Program-made: the position numbers and the translations under genes | Notes under the pieces: generated by a model | The model's input: only the letters and a program-made list of their open reading frames with translations | What the model was told of the DNA's origin: nothing | Databases searched by the model: none | In this document: one piece after another, positions 39,850 to 50,000 of the stretch | How the letters are laid out: each line of letters begins with the position of its first letter | Numbering within the stretch: the first letter of the stretch is position 1 | NCBI GenBank assembly: GCA_041483895.1 | Contig: JBGPGO010000002.1 | Span: forward strand, 226,074 to 290,073 | Source of the DNA: Fimbriimonadia bacterium | Lineage (GTDB): Bacteria > Armatimonadota > Fimbriimonadia > Fimbriimonadales > JABRVX01 | Direction: 5' to 3' | DNA length: 64,000 nt

Positions 39850-40205
39850 AGGCGCTGATCGATGAAAACGTTCCGCCGGAGGTAGTTGAGGCGTTGGCCG
39901 AGGTAGGCATTGTGGGAATCCATGTGCGGGAGGTTCTATCTGGAGCGAATGATGCCACGATCCTTGACTGCGCCCAGAGATTCGGAGCCGCGATTATCAC
40001 GTTCGATAAGGACTTTGGCGATCTGGTCTTTCGCCAGAAACTGCCTGTTCCCGGTGTACTACTTTTGCGGACACCTGCCATGCCCGGCAGCGAGTTGCGT
40101 ACATTGGTCCGTGCTTATTCAACAGCGGTAGCAAGCCAGATACTCGGACATTTCCTGGTTCTCTCCGTCGCCGGCCTCAGGGTCAAGCCGCTGGGTGAGA
40201 TCTGA
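39846..40205 (+). CDS. DUF5615 PIN-like (VapC45-type) toxin
   Basis: MKALIDENV, GAND..I, IITFDKDFG; ATGA overlap. Confidence 0.9.
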   Translation: MKALIDENVPPEVVEALAEVGIVGIHVREVLSGANDATILDCAQRFGAAIITFDKDFGDLVFRQKLPVPGVLLLRTPAMPGSELRTLVRAYSTAVASQILGHFLVLSVAGLRVKPLGEI

Positions 40206-40209
40206 GTCG

Positions 40210-40638
40210 ATGGATCCAATAGATTCGACGACCGCAATGAAAGTAAAGCAAGTCTTTGTCGACGCAACCTTTGTTACCGATCTCGGCATCCGCCTAGAAA
40301 AGATCGAACCGGGCCGCGTCGAGACAAGTCTAGAAATCCAGCCAAGGCACGCGCAGCAGCATGGGTTTGTCCACGCCGGCGTGCTGGCGACAATGGCGGA
40401 TCATACGGCGGGCGGCGCGGCGGTCAGCATGTCGAAGGAAGACGACGATATCATGTCCATCGAATTCAAAATCAACTTCCTTCGACCGGCTACCGGCAAG
40501 AAACTGCGCTGCGTCGGGACCTGTCTCAAACCCGGCAGAACGATTTTCGTTTCAGAAGCTGAGATATTCGACGACCAGGACAAGCTGGTGGCCAAGGCGA
40601 CGGTCACGCTTGCTGCCGTACAAAACCGAAATCCTTGA
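40210..40638 (+). CDS. PaaI family thioesterase
   Basis: QQHGFVHAG...MAD, INFLRPA, KPGRT. Confidence 0.9.
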   Translation: MDPIDSTTAMKVKQVFVDATFVTDLGIRLEKIEPGRVETSLEIQPRHAQQHGFVHAGVLATMADHTAGGAAVSMSKEDDDIMSIEFKINFLRPATGKKLRCVGTCLKPGRTIFVSEAEIFDDQDKLVAKATVTLAAVQNRNP

Positions 40639-41956
40639 GCCGGCTTCGAAACGAGTAATAAAGGACCCCAAACTCGGTCGCCTGGGAAACCGTCATCGCC
40701 GCCGCAGCCGACACAATCCCCGCCCAAGCGAGGCCGACACCGATTGCCAACATGCCTGCCAGCGTGACAAATGCGACCGCAGTCGCCGCGAAGCGCGACG
40801 CCGTCAAGTGATGTGCCGTGAGCAGGCCGCGCACAAAGCTCTGCAACGCACCGAGCAACGGGACAATCGCGCAACCAATCACCGCGATGTGCGCCAACAT
40901 CGCAATCTCCTGCGTCGTCCCAAGCATCCGCCGGAAGAACCAAAGGTCTACGTTCGTCAGCCACAAAATGACGGTGAGGGTGGTCAAGAAAACCCCGACT
41001 CCCAGACAGAAGCGGCGCAAAATTTGAGCGCTCGCGGCATCCCGATACAGCGTGATCACGAGCTCGATCAGCGCAAATGTGGAAGACCGAAGGGGAAACA
41101 GAATGTTCATCGCCACTTGCCACGCGGCGAGCGATAGGACCGGCTGCTCGGCCTTTGCCAATGCTAGACTGATGATGAGCGGGGTAATCAAGGTCAGCAT
41201 GGTCGTGGCCGTCAGCGGCGAGTGGAACTTTATCAGTTTTCGCATGGTCAAGGGGGCGTCGTTTTCTCCCATTCCAGGCAGCAAGTGTGCGGCAACGGTT
41301 GTGGCGCTGACCCAGTAGATGAATAGGCTCTCCGCCGCCACGGAAATCGACAGCCCGCTGCCCGCAATCACGATCCCGGGCCACTGGGACAGGTGGCTCA
41401 ATGGGATCGCATAGGCGGCCATCACGACGACGCGGATCGCGGTGCCAATTCCCACCGGTCTTGTGTTTCCGTATCGGATCAATATCCCTTGCCGGTGCCG
41501 CCGCCAGCCGATGATCGCCGCCCACGGGGTCATATAGACGAGCCCGGTATGAGCAATCCGGGCGACCTCTTGCGGAGCATGGACTAGATTCAATGCGATC
41601 GCGTTGTAGATGGGTGTGAACGCGACAAGGGCATGAACGGAGGCGACTCCCGCCATGATCCAAAGGGAAAACCGTTGCAGTTGAATATGATTCTGATGGT
41701 TCTTGGCCAAGGTCGTGGTCGTCGCCATCAGGTCGATGACGGGGCTCTCGATCCACATGGCGATGCTCGTCATGATCAAGAACGCCGCGGTCGTGGCCAC
41801 CGGATCCGCCATCCGAGAAATGATGGCAACGGCGATAGGGAAGTCGAATGACATGAAAATCCACGAGCAGGCGAGGGGAAAGTAGAAGCTGAAAATACGG
41901 GAAGGACGCAGCGGAGCAGTCTCCCTCGTCTCGAAATCCAAAGTTGAACGCCCCAC
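40604..41956 (-). CDS. MATE/ANKH-like (MOP superfamily) membrane transporter
   Basis: Two-fold repeat FYFPLA / FHSPLT; about 12 TM; RRHRQG.LIR. Confidence 0.7.
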   Translation of the reverse strand: MGRSTLDFETRETAPLRPSRIFSFYFPLACSWIFMSFDFPIAVAIISRMADPVATTAAFLIMTSIAMWIESPVIDLMATTTTLAKNHQNHIQLQRFSLWIMAGVASVHALVAFTPIYNAIALNLVHAPQEVARIAHTGLVYMTPWAAIIGWRRHRQGILIRYGNTRPVGIGTAIRVVVMAAYAIPLSHLSQWPGIVIAGSGLSISVAAESLFIYWVSATTVAAHLLPGMGENDAPLTMRKLIKFHSPLTATTMLTLITPLIISLALAKAEQPVLSLAAWQVAMNILFPLRSSTFALIELVITLYRDAASAQILRRFCLGVGVFLTTLTVILWLTNVDLWFFRRMLGTTQEIAMLAHIAVIGCAIVPLLGALQSFVRGLLTAHHLTASRFAATAVAFVTLAGMLAIGVGLAWAGIVSAAAAMTVSQATEFGVLYYSFRSRLKDFGFVRQQA

Positions 41957-41979
41957 CGCCTAATTATGGCAGGGATTGG

Positions 41980-43182
41980 CTAAGCCGCGTCGCTGAGATC
42001 ACACGATTCGCGGTAAAGGTCCCGCCAATGCGGCAGATGGTCGGCCATCCCGATCGTTTCGAGGTGCACAAGGTCAATGCGGCATTCGGCCTCGGCGGAG
42101 CAATTTGCTTCCGCATCCAGCGCATTGGCGATGTGCACGGCGGTTAAACCGCTAAAGGCGTTGACAGGCCGTATCGATGGCCAATGTGACCAGGCGACTG
42201 CCTCAATGATCGATAAAGGCAGTCCCCATAATCCAAGAAGATATGCGCCCATCGGGCCGCTTGAGGTTCCGAGGGCTTCCTCTTGTGCTTGCCAATCAGC
42301 GATGCCCTGTTCAGCCGCTTTCTGCTTGCACGCCATATATTCTTGTTCAAACTGCGATGCAAAAAGCAGTTCTCCGATCGGGTGGAGGAACCCGGATAGA
42401 AAAGCAGTGTCTGCGAAGTGGCAGACGTTTTCAGAGCGAGCAATCCTTCGCGCAAAAGAACCGGTGCGCGCGCTATGGTCCCATAGCCCCTGAAGTCCAA
42501 GAGCCGCCAACTGCTTCTCTGATATCCGGTGAAAAAGACCGTGGGTCAGCGCCAGTGCCCGAATCGTTTCCGTCCCCAGAATGATCACGGCCCGAGTTGG
42601 TGATGTAACCTGCTTGCCTAAGCCGAAGAACGACGAATTCACCAACTGTAGAACCTTTGTGGACATCGCCATGTCCCGCGCGATGATCCCGCTCACCCTT
42701 TGCAGCGAACACTGGGTAGACGAGAGCTCGTTGAGGATCTCCTCGCACGCAGATGGCATGGCAGGTATGGTTTCGAGCTTAGATGCGAACGCGCCGGCCT
42801 TATCGTCGGTCAATAATTCTCTCACAGCGCAGGCGCGAGTGATCGTATTTTTGAGTACGTCGCCGTCGCATGGCTTGGTCAGGAACTGGTGGGTCTTGCC
42901 TACAATCTTGAGAACAGATTCGCGATCCGCTTGGCCGGAAAGGATGATTCGGACAGTATGGGGCTGCGTTTCCAGGGCGACTTCCATCACCTTGACACCA
43001 TCCGCGTCGGGCATTCTCATGTCCGATACCACTACGTCGAACGTTTCGGTGCGCAGCAGATTGATGGCAGACTGACCACTATCCGCAAAGACCATGCTCC
43101 ATTCATCCCGAAGGGGGCGCAACATCCGTCGCAGCCCGTCAAGGATGTGCGGCTCGTCATCGACAAATAGGACTCGCTTCAT
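41980..43182 (-). CDS. Response regulator with HDOD domain
   Basis: VLFVDDE, SDMRMP, ILSG, KP; D.AM..KVLQLVNS.FFG, LWDHS, WGLP. Confidence 0.92.
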   Translation of the reverse strand: MKRVLFVDDEPHILDGLRRMLRPLRDEWSMVFADSGQSAINLLRTETFDVVVSDMRMPDADGVKVMEVALETQPHTVRIILSGQADRESVLKIVGKTHQFLTKPCDGDVLKNTITRACAVRELLTDDKAGAFASKLETIPAMPSACEEILNELSSTQCSLQRVSGIIARDMAMSTKVLQLVNSSFFGLGKQVTSPTRAVIILGTETIRALALTHGLFHRISEKQLAALGLQGLWDHSARTGSFARRIARSENVCHFADTAFLSGFLHPIGELLFASQFEQEYMACKQKAAEQGIADWQAQEEALGTSSGPMGAYLLGLWGLPLSIIEAVAWSHWPSIRPVNAFSGLTAVHIANALDAEANCSAEAECRIDLVHLETIGMADHLPHWRDLYRESCDLSDAA

Positions 43183-44309
43183 GCTGCGACGCACCTCTCG
43201 AGGACCGACTCGTTTTCATCTCTAAATTGCTCCCAAACGAGCCCAAAGGCCAACTTGTGATTTTCAAACGCTTCGAAGACCTCCGGATCAAAGTCTCGCT
43301 CCGACTCCGATCGCAGGATCTTGAGCGTCTCCTCTTCGGAATACGCGGGCTTATATGGGCGTTCCGATCGAAGCGCGTCATAGCAGTCGGCGACCGCCGT
43401 AATGCGAGCCTCGATGGGAATCTCTTCTCCCACAAGTCCCTGCGGATAACCGTTTCCCGACCACCGTTCCTGGTGGCATAAAGCAATTTGCGCCGCCGTT
43501 TCTAGGTAAGGATTGTGGGGCATGTAGGATGGTCGTCCTCCCCATTCCAGAGCCGCGCCAATCACTTCGGATCTGCCGGTCAAAATCTCGTATCCGAGGG
43601 CGCTATGGGTTTCCATGACGACGCGTTCCTCCACCGTCAGTTTCCCCGGCTTGCGAAGTATCGCGTCCGGAACCGCGATCTTGCCGATGTCGTGCAATGC
43701 GCTTCCCAAAAAAATGCGCTCGACGGTCCTATCATCCATACCCAGCGCCTCCGACAGGATGCGGCTGCAGCAGCTTACGCGCATGACATGAGCGCCGGTT
43801 TCGACGTCCCGAAATTCTGCCGCTCTTCCGAGACGCAACATGGTGGATGCCTGCGACTCGGCAAGCTCCACGGTCCGGAGTGCGACCCGATTCTCCAGCT
43901 CGGCGTTCTGCCTCTCGATCTGAAGCTGGTACTCGCGCATTTGAAGTGCGTTTCGCATCCGAGCCAAGAGCTCTTCCTGATCGACGGGCTTGCACAAAAG
44001 GTCCGTGGCGCCGGCGTTGAGCGCGCGTTGACGAAGCGCCTTTTCATGCCGCCCCGTCAGCATAATCACGGGAATCGAACGCGTCCAGTTTCCGGCCTGT
44101 ATCACTTCCAATAGCTCAAATCCATCGCGAAGCGGCATCATCACATCAGTGACGATCACATCGGGAATCTGTTGAGAGATTTTTTGAATCGCCTCATCGA
44201 CGGAGTGGGCTCGATTCACATCCCATACATCGCGTTTCGAATGCAAAAGTCGCATCAGGCCGTCGAGAAACAGATGATCGTCATCGACAAGGAGTATTCG
44301 GTGTTTCAT
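43179..44309 (-). CDS. Response regulator with HD-GYP c-di-GMP phosphodiesterase
   Basis: REC domain; ETGAH, LHDIGK, HQERW.G.GYP, ADCYDAL, RPYK. Confidence 0.93.
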   Translation of the reverse strand: MKHRILLVDDDHLFLDGLMRLLHSKRDVWDVNRAHSVDEAIQKISQQIPDVIVTDVMMPLRDGFELLEVIQAGNWTRSIPVIMLTGRHEKALRQRALNAGATDLLCKPVDQEELLARMRNALQMREYQLQIERQNAELENRVALRTVELAESQASTMLRLGRAAEFRDVETGAHVMRVSCCSRILSEALGMDDRTVERIFLGSALHDIGKIAVPDAILRKPGKLTVEERVVMETHSALGYEILTGRSEVIGAALEWGGRPSYMPHNPYLETAAQIALCHQERWSGNGYPQGLVGEEIPIEARITAVADCYDALRSERPYKPAYSEEETLKILRSESERDFDPEVFEAFENHKLAFGLVWEQFRDENESVLERCVAA

Positions 44310-46174
44310 GCAACACACTCTTGAGCTGCCGCACCGAGTGGCAGGTTGATCGTAAATGTTGAACCTCTGCCAATCTCGGATTCGAACGTGAGCGTTCCGC
44401 CATGTTTGTTTACGATGACATTTCGAGAAAGAGCAAGTCCTTGCCCGGTCCCCTTGCCAACGGCTTTTGTCGTAAAGAATGGATCAAACACTTTGGGCTG
44501 AATCTCAGGAGGAATGCCGATCCCGTCGTCTGAAATGCTAATGTCCACGCTGTTGTCCCTAACTTGTGTTGTGACCCGGATTCGTCCCATCGAGCCTTTG
44601 TTGGCTTCTTGTATGGCTTGGCTCGCATTAACGATAACATTGAGGAACACCTGATTCAGCTCGCCGCAATAACAGGGGACAAGGGGCAAGTTGGGATCGA
44701 GATCAAATTCAATATCCGCCACATACTTGTATTCGTTCCTCGCCACTGTTGCAGTGCTTTCAATCGCTCGATTGATATCTGTCGGATTCTTTTCAAACGT
44801 GCCGGGATGGGAGAATTCCTTCATCGCGCGAACGATGTCAGCCACTCGCTCTGCTCCCTCCCTCGCCTGTTCCAACGCCACCGGTATCTCCGTGCGCAAA
44901 TACTCGAAGTCGCATTCTTTGCATATACTCTCGAAGGCGAGCAATTGATCAGTCGGCACGTAATTTCGCTCTTTCGAACCTTCCATTAGATTCCTACATG
45001 TGTCCATGACTCGATTGCAATCGACAAACGCATCGGACAAGAATCGCAGATTGTCGCCGACATATTGCGTGGGAGTGTTGATCTCATGCGCGATTCCCGA
45101 GGCAAGCTGCCCAATGGATTCCAGCTTCTGCGAATGCGCAAGCTGAGTCTCCATGATGCGCATCTCCGTCACATCTTCAATGGTCCCGACAATACCGAGA
45201 AAAGCGTCTCCATCATGCATCGGCGCCGTATTCACTCGTACCCATGCAACACGGTCCTCTTCCAATAGTACGCGATGCTCCGAATGCGTGAATCCAATCC
45301 CTTCCATTGCCTCGCGCCAGTGATCGATCACCCGGAAGCGGTCATCGGGATGCACGGCATCAAGCCATCCGATCCCGAAAGCTTCGGCTGAATCCTGGCC
45401 GGTAATGCTCTGGCATTGCGAATTAATATAGAAACACTTTCCTGTGTTATCTGTAATGAAGACACCGATCGGTGATGCCTCGGTCATCGCCCGGAAGCGC
45501 TCCTCGCTCTGCCGCAGCGTGGAAGTCCTACGCTCAACCTCCTCCTCCGTAATCTCTTTGGCAGCCTCGACGGTCGCTTGACGAACCGCGATCGCTTCCA
45601 TTTCTCTCAGGCCGCGCAAGCAGGAGAAAGTCAGGACAACGACCTCAAAGATCACCCATCCGGCGTGCTCCAGCCATCTCCATTCTTGCGCGGAGGCGAC
45701 CCCATAGACGGAGTACGGCCAATAGATGCCCCGAACCATGTGGTCTGTGGCGATGACAATGGTAGCTGTAATCAAAACCTTCCAGTCGCGATACAGGGCA
45801 AGGAACGCGAGCGATCCAAAAACGTGGAAATGGGTCTCGATCCGCCCTCCGGTGAAGTGAATCAATAGGGCCGACCAGAGCATCTGCGTGGCGGCGATTA
45901 CGTGCCGCGTTATTGGGCTGCCCGAATGCCGCAGCGCCAAGTAGATGGGCAGGCTGCTCAGAGTACCCCCCAGAAAAATGGCTGCCAAAACGTGGATGTG
46001 CACCATACCGGAAGCGCCGATCCATGTCCGCGGCGAAACGATGAGCGTCGTAACGATGCCAAATATCCATTGCGCTATCATGAGCAATGCGAAAAGGCGG
46101 TCTGTTTGATGATAGACCTGCCGGCGATGATTGTCGAGCAGGCTGCTCGCGCGGACATCGATCCCTGCCATCAT
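44306..46174 (-). CDS. Membrane sensor histidine kinase (His-rich TM domain, PAS, HisKA, HATPase)
   Basis: HFTGGRIETHFHVF TM motif; HPDD PAS; AHEINTP; NASQA, DDG.GI, FFTTK, GTGQGL. Confidence 0.92.
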   Translation of the reverse strand: MMAGIDVRASSLLDNHRRQVYHQTDRLFALLMIAQWIFGIVTTLIVSPRTWIGASGMVHIHVLAAIFLGGTLSSLPIYLALRHSGSPITRHVIAATQMLWSALLIHFTGGRIETHFHVFGSLAFLALYRDWKVLITATIVIATDHMVRGIYWPYSVYGVASAQEWRWLEHAGWVIFEVVVLTFSCLRGLREMEAIAVRQATVEAAKEITEEEVERRTSTLRQSEERFRAMTEASPIGVFITDNTGKCFYINSQCQSITGQDSAEAFGIGWLDAVHPDDRFRVIDHWREAMEGIGFTHSEHRVLLEEDRVAWVRVNTAPMHDGDAFLGIVGTIEDVTEMRIMETQLAHSQKLESIGQLASGIAHEINTPTQYVGDNLRFLSDAFVDCNRVMDTCRNLMEGSKERNYVPTDQLLAFESICKECDFEYLRTEIPVALEQAREGAERVADIVRAMKEFSHPGTFEKNPTDINRAIESTATVARNEYKYVADIEFDLDPNLPLVPCYCGELNQVFLNVIVNASQAIQEANKGSMGRIRVTTQVRDNSVDISISDDGIGIPPEIQPKVFDPFFTTKAVGKGTGQGLALSRNVIVNKHGGTLTFESEIGRGSTFTINLPLGAAAQECVA

Positions 46175-46188
46175 TGCGATTGATTGCA

Positions 46189-46818
46189 CTATTTCCGCCC
46201 TGCCCGAATCGCACAACCGAACGCCGGGGTGCGCGCATAAGAGATTTTGCCTGTCTGGAGATATTCGCAAATGGCGGAGCGGCCCGGGTTATCGCCCTCA
46301 TGGGAACGAGCCCCTGTGATGCCGCCGTGAAATACTAGCTTGCCGTCACGATCGTACAGTAGAACATCGCCCGATGTTGAGACATCAAATCGCTCGGCTT
46401 CCACGCCGTTGTGATCCGCAAGTGGTACCACTCCAGGGATATTTGCCGCATAGCGCCAAAGGTCGGTTTTGGCCCACGTACCGTCGTTGCCGCCGGCATC
46501 GAAAAAGACAACCGACGTTTGGACTTTGCCTCGGCATGCCAACATGAGGCGGTCAAGCTCCGCCATCGTCGCCCGCGTGCAAGGACACTTCGGGTGGGCG
46601 AACACTAGCATCGTTGGCAAGGTCGTGCTGCGCTTCAACCGTGTGTGCGCCGGCCAATCGGTCGGCGCGCTTCCAGACACCCCTGGCCGAAGCTGGTAGC
46701 TCAACAACCCGGTAAAACCGGCTGTAACCGCGACGACCCAAATGAAACCAGCCGCCCAAGGCATCCATGTCCTACGGAATCTTGGCTCTGCAATCGGCGG
46801 CGAGCCGATAGCCTTCAT
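46189..46818 (-). CDS. redB: RedB-like membrane-anchored thioredoxin-fold protein
   Basis: TM anchor; FAHPKCPCTRA, TSG, F.GGIT.AR.HEGDN, terminal FGC; start uncertain (46768/46818/46854). Confidence 0.75.
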   Translation of the reverse strand: MKAIGSPPIAEPRFRRTWMPWAAGFIWVVAVTAGFTGLLSYQLRPGVSGSAPTDWPAHTRLKRSTTLPTMLVFAHPKCPCTRATMAELDRLMLACRGKVQTSVVFFDAGGNDGTWAKTDLWRYAANIPGVVPLADHNGVEAERFDVSTSGDVLLYDRDGKLVFHGGITGARSHEGDNPGRSAICEYLQTGKISYARTPAFGCAIRAGRK

Positions 46819-47012
46819 TGCACACATTGCCGGCGTCTCCGTTCGTTCCCGCATTCCAGGCTCGGTGAATTCAAGGAAATATTCCGTGGGGTCGGAGAGA
46901 GAACCCAGGCAAGGTTGCGGGAGGAAGCGCCCGATACGAAAGCTCGCGTCGCAATCCCGCCGTGCGACCGGTCGCGTTGGGCATTGGCAAAATTCTTAGC
47001 TGGCACAAGCAG

Positions 47013-47048
47013 AAAAAAACCGCCGGAGGGCGACCCTCCGGCGGTTTT
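47013..47048 (-). terminator. Intrinsic terminator of the tricorn gene
   Basis: A7-CCGCCGGAGGG-cga-CCCTCCGGCGG-TTTT. Confidence 0.8.
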
Positions 47049-47055
47049 CGGTTCG

Positions 47056-50000
47056 CTATCGGTCCTTTTCTGGGACTCCCATGCCGCTGCGGTTCAGATA
47101 CGGCGGCTTCGGCGTCACCTTGAACGGGTGATCTTTCAGCTCCTGAAGCATCTGTGCTATGCCGGCGTCGAGCTGCGGGTCGCCCCCGTTCCACATCTTG
47201 CCTGGATCGTCAATGACCTGGATGTCGGGATCCGTGCCGTGGCCTTCGACTCCCCACGTCCCATTCGTTTTATAGAACGCGAACCCAGGGACCGTTAGGA
47301 TTGCGCCGTCGATCAGGGGCGGGAAGCCGGACAGTCCGACGAGACCTCCCCATGTACGGGTCCCAATCACCTTTCCGACCTTGTCATGCTTGAACAGCCA
47401 GGGGAACATGTCCCCGCCGGATCCGGCAAGGCCGTTGATCAACATACACTTCGGACCCTGGTTGGAATCCGGGGGCCACGTCGCGTCGTTGCCATGCCGT
47501 GTTGCCCAGAAGTTCGTCACGGGACGGTTGAGCAGCTCGATGAAGCGAGTGGGGATCTGCCCGCCGCCGTTCCAACGCTCGTCGATGATCAGCGCCTCTT
47601 TGTCGATCTGCTGGTAGAACTGCTTGACCAGATCGCTCTGACCGTCCGTACCGGTGTTCTGCACGTAGATATAGCCGACCCGGCCATTGGTCTGCTTGGA
47701 GACGTATTCGCGATTCTGCTCGATCCAATCCCAGAAGCGAAGCTGGCCATCGTCACCGATAGCCTTCACGATGACATCCTTGGCTTTATCGTCCATCGTG
47801 GGATTCGCACTCACCGTGAGCGTGATGGTCCGACCCGCCATGCCGATAAACGGCGCCCAGGGATCCATGGAAGTGTCCATCGGATCATGGTTGACGGCGA
47901 GCAGATAGTCCCCTTCTTTGACGTCCATGCCTTGCATTCCAAGAGGTGACTGGGCGTCTGTTTCCCACGGTGCCCCTTTGTAAATCCGCTTTAATCGATA
48001 GGCGCCGTTCTCCAGCGAAAAATCCACGCCGAGCATTCCGACGTTCATGTTCGGTTGGCTCTCGATATCGCCGCCAAAGTAGTATGCGTGACCCACGCTC
48101 AGCTCACCGATCATCTCGCCGATGACGAAGCCAACGTCTTCGCGCGTGATGCAGTTGTCGACAACGGGCATGTAGTGGTCGAGAACGCTCTGCCAGTTGA
48201 CGCCGTGCATGTTCGGATCGTAGAACTGATCGCGATATCGACGCCATCCGTCTTTCACGATCAGCTTCCATTCATCGCGCGGGTTGATCGTCTCCAGCAT
48301 GCCGCTCGTTACGACGTTGTCGCCCGTCGCGCCGGCCGAGGCGTCTTGAATGCTGGCGCTCGGCCCGCGCGGAATGAGGATCTTCTTGCCGTCCGCCGAC
48401 ATGTCGAAACCGCCGCCGGACGCCACAGTCTTCTCTTCCTTTTTCTCATCACCAATGTCGAACAGCTTGATGCTCGGCGGTTCGCCGGCTCCCCTAGCAT
48501 CGGCGCGGACGTAGAGAAGTTGGTTGCGATCGTTAACCGCCAGATTGCCGAAGCGACCGGACTTAATGGGAAGTTGGAACTGCCGCGCTTCGATTCCGTC
48601 GAAGTCGATATCCACCTTTTCTCTGGCTTTGCCGGCGCTCGCGCCTCCGCCCGCGCCGCCGCCTTGCGCTCCTTTTTTCGTGCGAGTGCCCTTGATGTCG
48701 AACGAAAGCCCTTTCGCGGTTGCGGTGCCGCTAAAGTTGTCTCCATCGATCTTGCCTATCACTGTGGCATCGTCGCTGCCATCTGAGGGCTTGACCGTTA
48801 GCGTAAGCTGTTTCGACGCCGGGTCAAACTTACCGCTCTCAATCGCGCCGCCTCCCATGTCAGAAGTGACGGAGCCGGTGACCGAATTGTCGGGGTGAAG
48901 CGTGAGGTCGAAGGTGATGGATACGCCGGCTGGGGGTAAGGGCGCTGCGCCCGTCAACTTGCACTCCCAGGTGCCGGATACACCATCGTCTTTGGCCGGG
49001 GCGGCCTGTTCCTTCTTTTCTTCCGGCTTCTCCTCCTTCTTCTCTCCCTCTTTCTTATCGCCGTCTTTTTTCTCGTCTTTCCAAGTCTCTTCGTCGCTCT
49101 TCGGAAGCCACGGGTTCTTCATGTCCTTGCGGAGCGGAATCGCGCAGATAGCCGAAGTGTTCGGATAGATCCAGGACTGTCCCAGGTCTTCGTACTCAGG
49201 GTTGAACGATCGGAAGGCGGTGAAGTAGAGATAGTCCCCCTTCCGATCAAACGTCGGCGATGATTCGTCGGTCATTCCGCTCGTAACCCGCGTCGTCTTT
49301 CCGTCTTCCACGTTGTAGACATAGATGGAAGGTTTCGTCGCGCGCTCTTCCATGCGGTTGAACGCGATCCACCGGTTGTCGTGCGACCAGCTGATCGGGG
49401 TGTTGGCGGCCCACGGGTCCTTTTCCGAAACCGCCTTTGTTTCGGCCTTCTCCACATCGGTGAGGAAGATGCCGCCGGCCGTGTCCTGGTAGACGAGGTG
49501 CTTGGAATCGGGGGACCAAGTTATGCCCGATCGCCAATTTTTGGAGTTCTTGGTGAGCTGCCTCGCCTCACCCTTGCCGTCCGATTCTTTGAGGTAGATT
49601 TCGTATTCTCCGCTGACATCGCTGAAATAGGCGATCCAGCGCCCGTCCGGACTCCATGCTGGGTCCCGCTCGATGGCATTCCCCGTTCGCGTGATATTGC
49701 GTGGGGAGCCGTCCTTTGCCGGAGCCGTCCAAATGTCGCCGCGGGCGTCGATCGCGGCCCGCTTGCCGGTCGGAGAGATGCTCCAACCGAAAATATTCTT
49801 GCTCATGTCAACGATCTTGGGCCGGATTGTGGGAAGATCCTTGGGGATTCGGATGTCAACCTGGTGGTATTGGAAGTTGGCGAGGCTGAGCAGGTACAGA
49901 TCGCCGCCGGCGTTGAACACGATCTCCCCTTTGCCGTCCGGGCCGGGACCATTGGATGGCCACTTGATGTCGAACTCCGTGAATTTCGTAATCTGTTTGC

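Noticed and set aside
40401..41864. 487-aa alternative-frame ORF, and similar long shadow ORFs (28113-29441, 49381-50595)
   Set aside because: They overlap well-supported genes and have the Arg/Gly/Ala-rich composition typical of off-frame reading in GC-rich DNA
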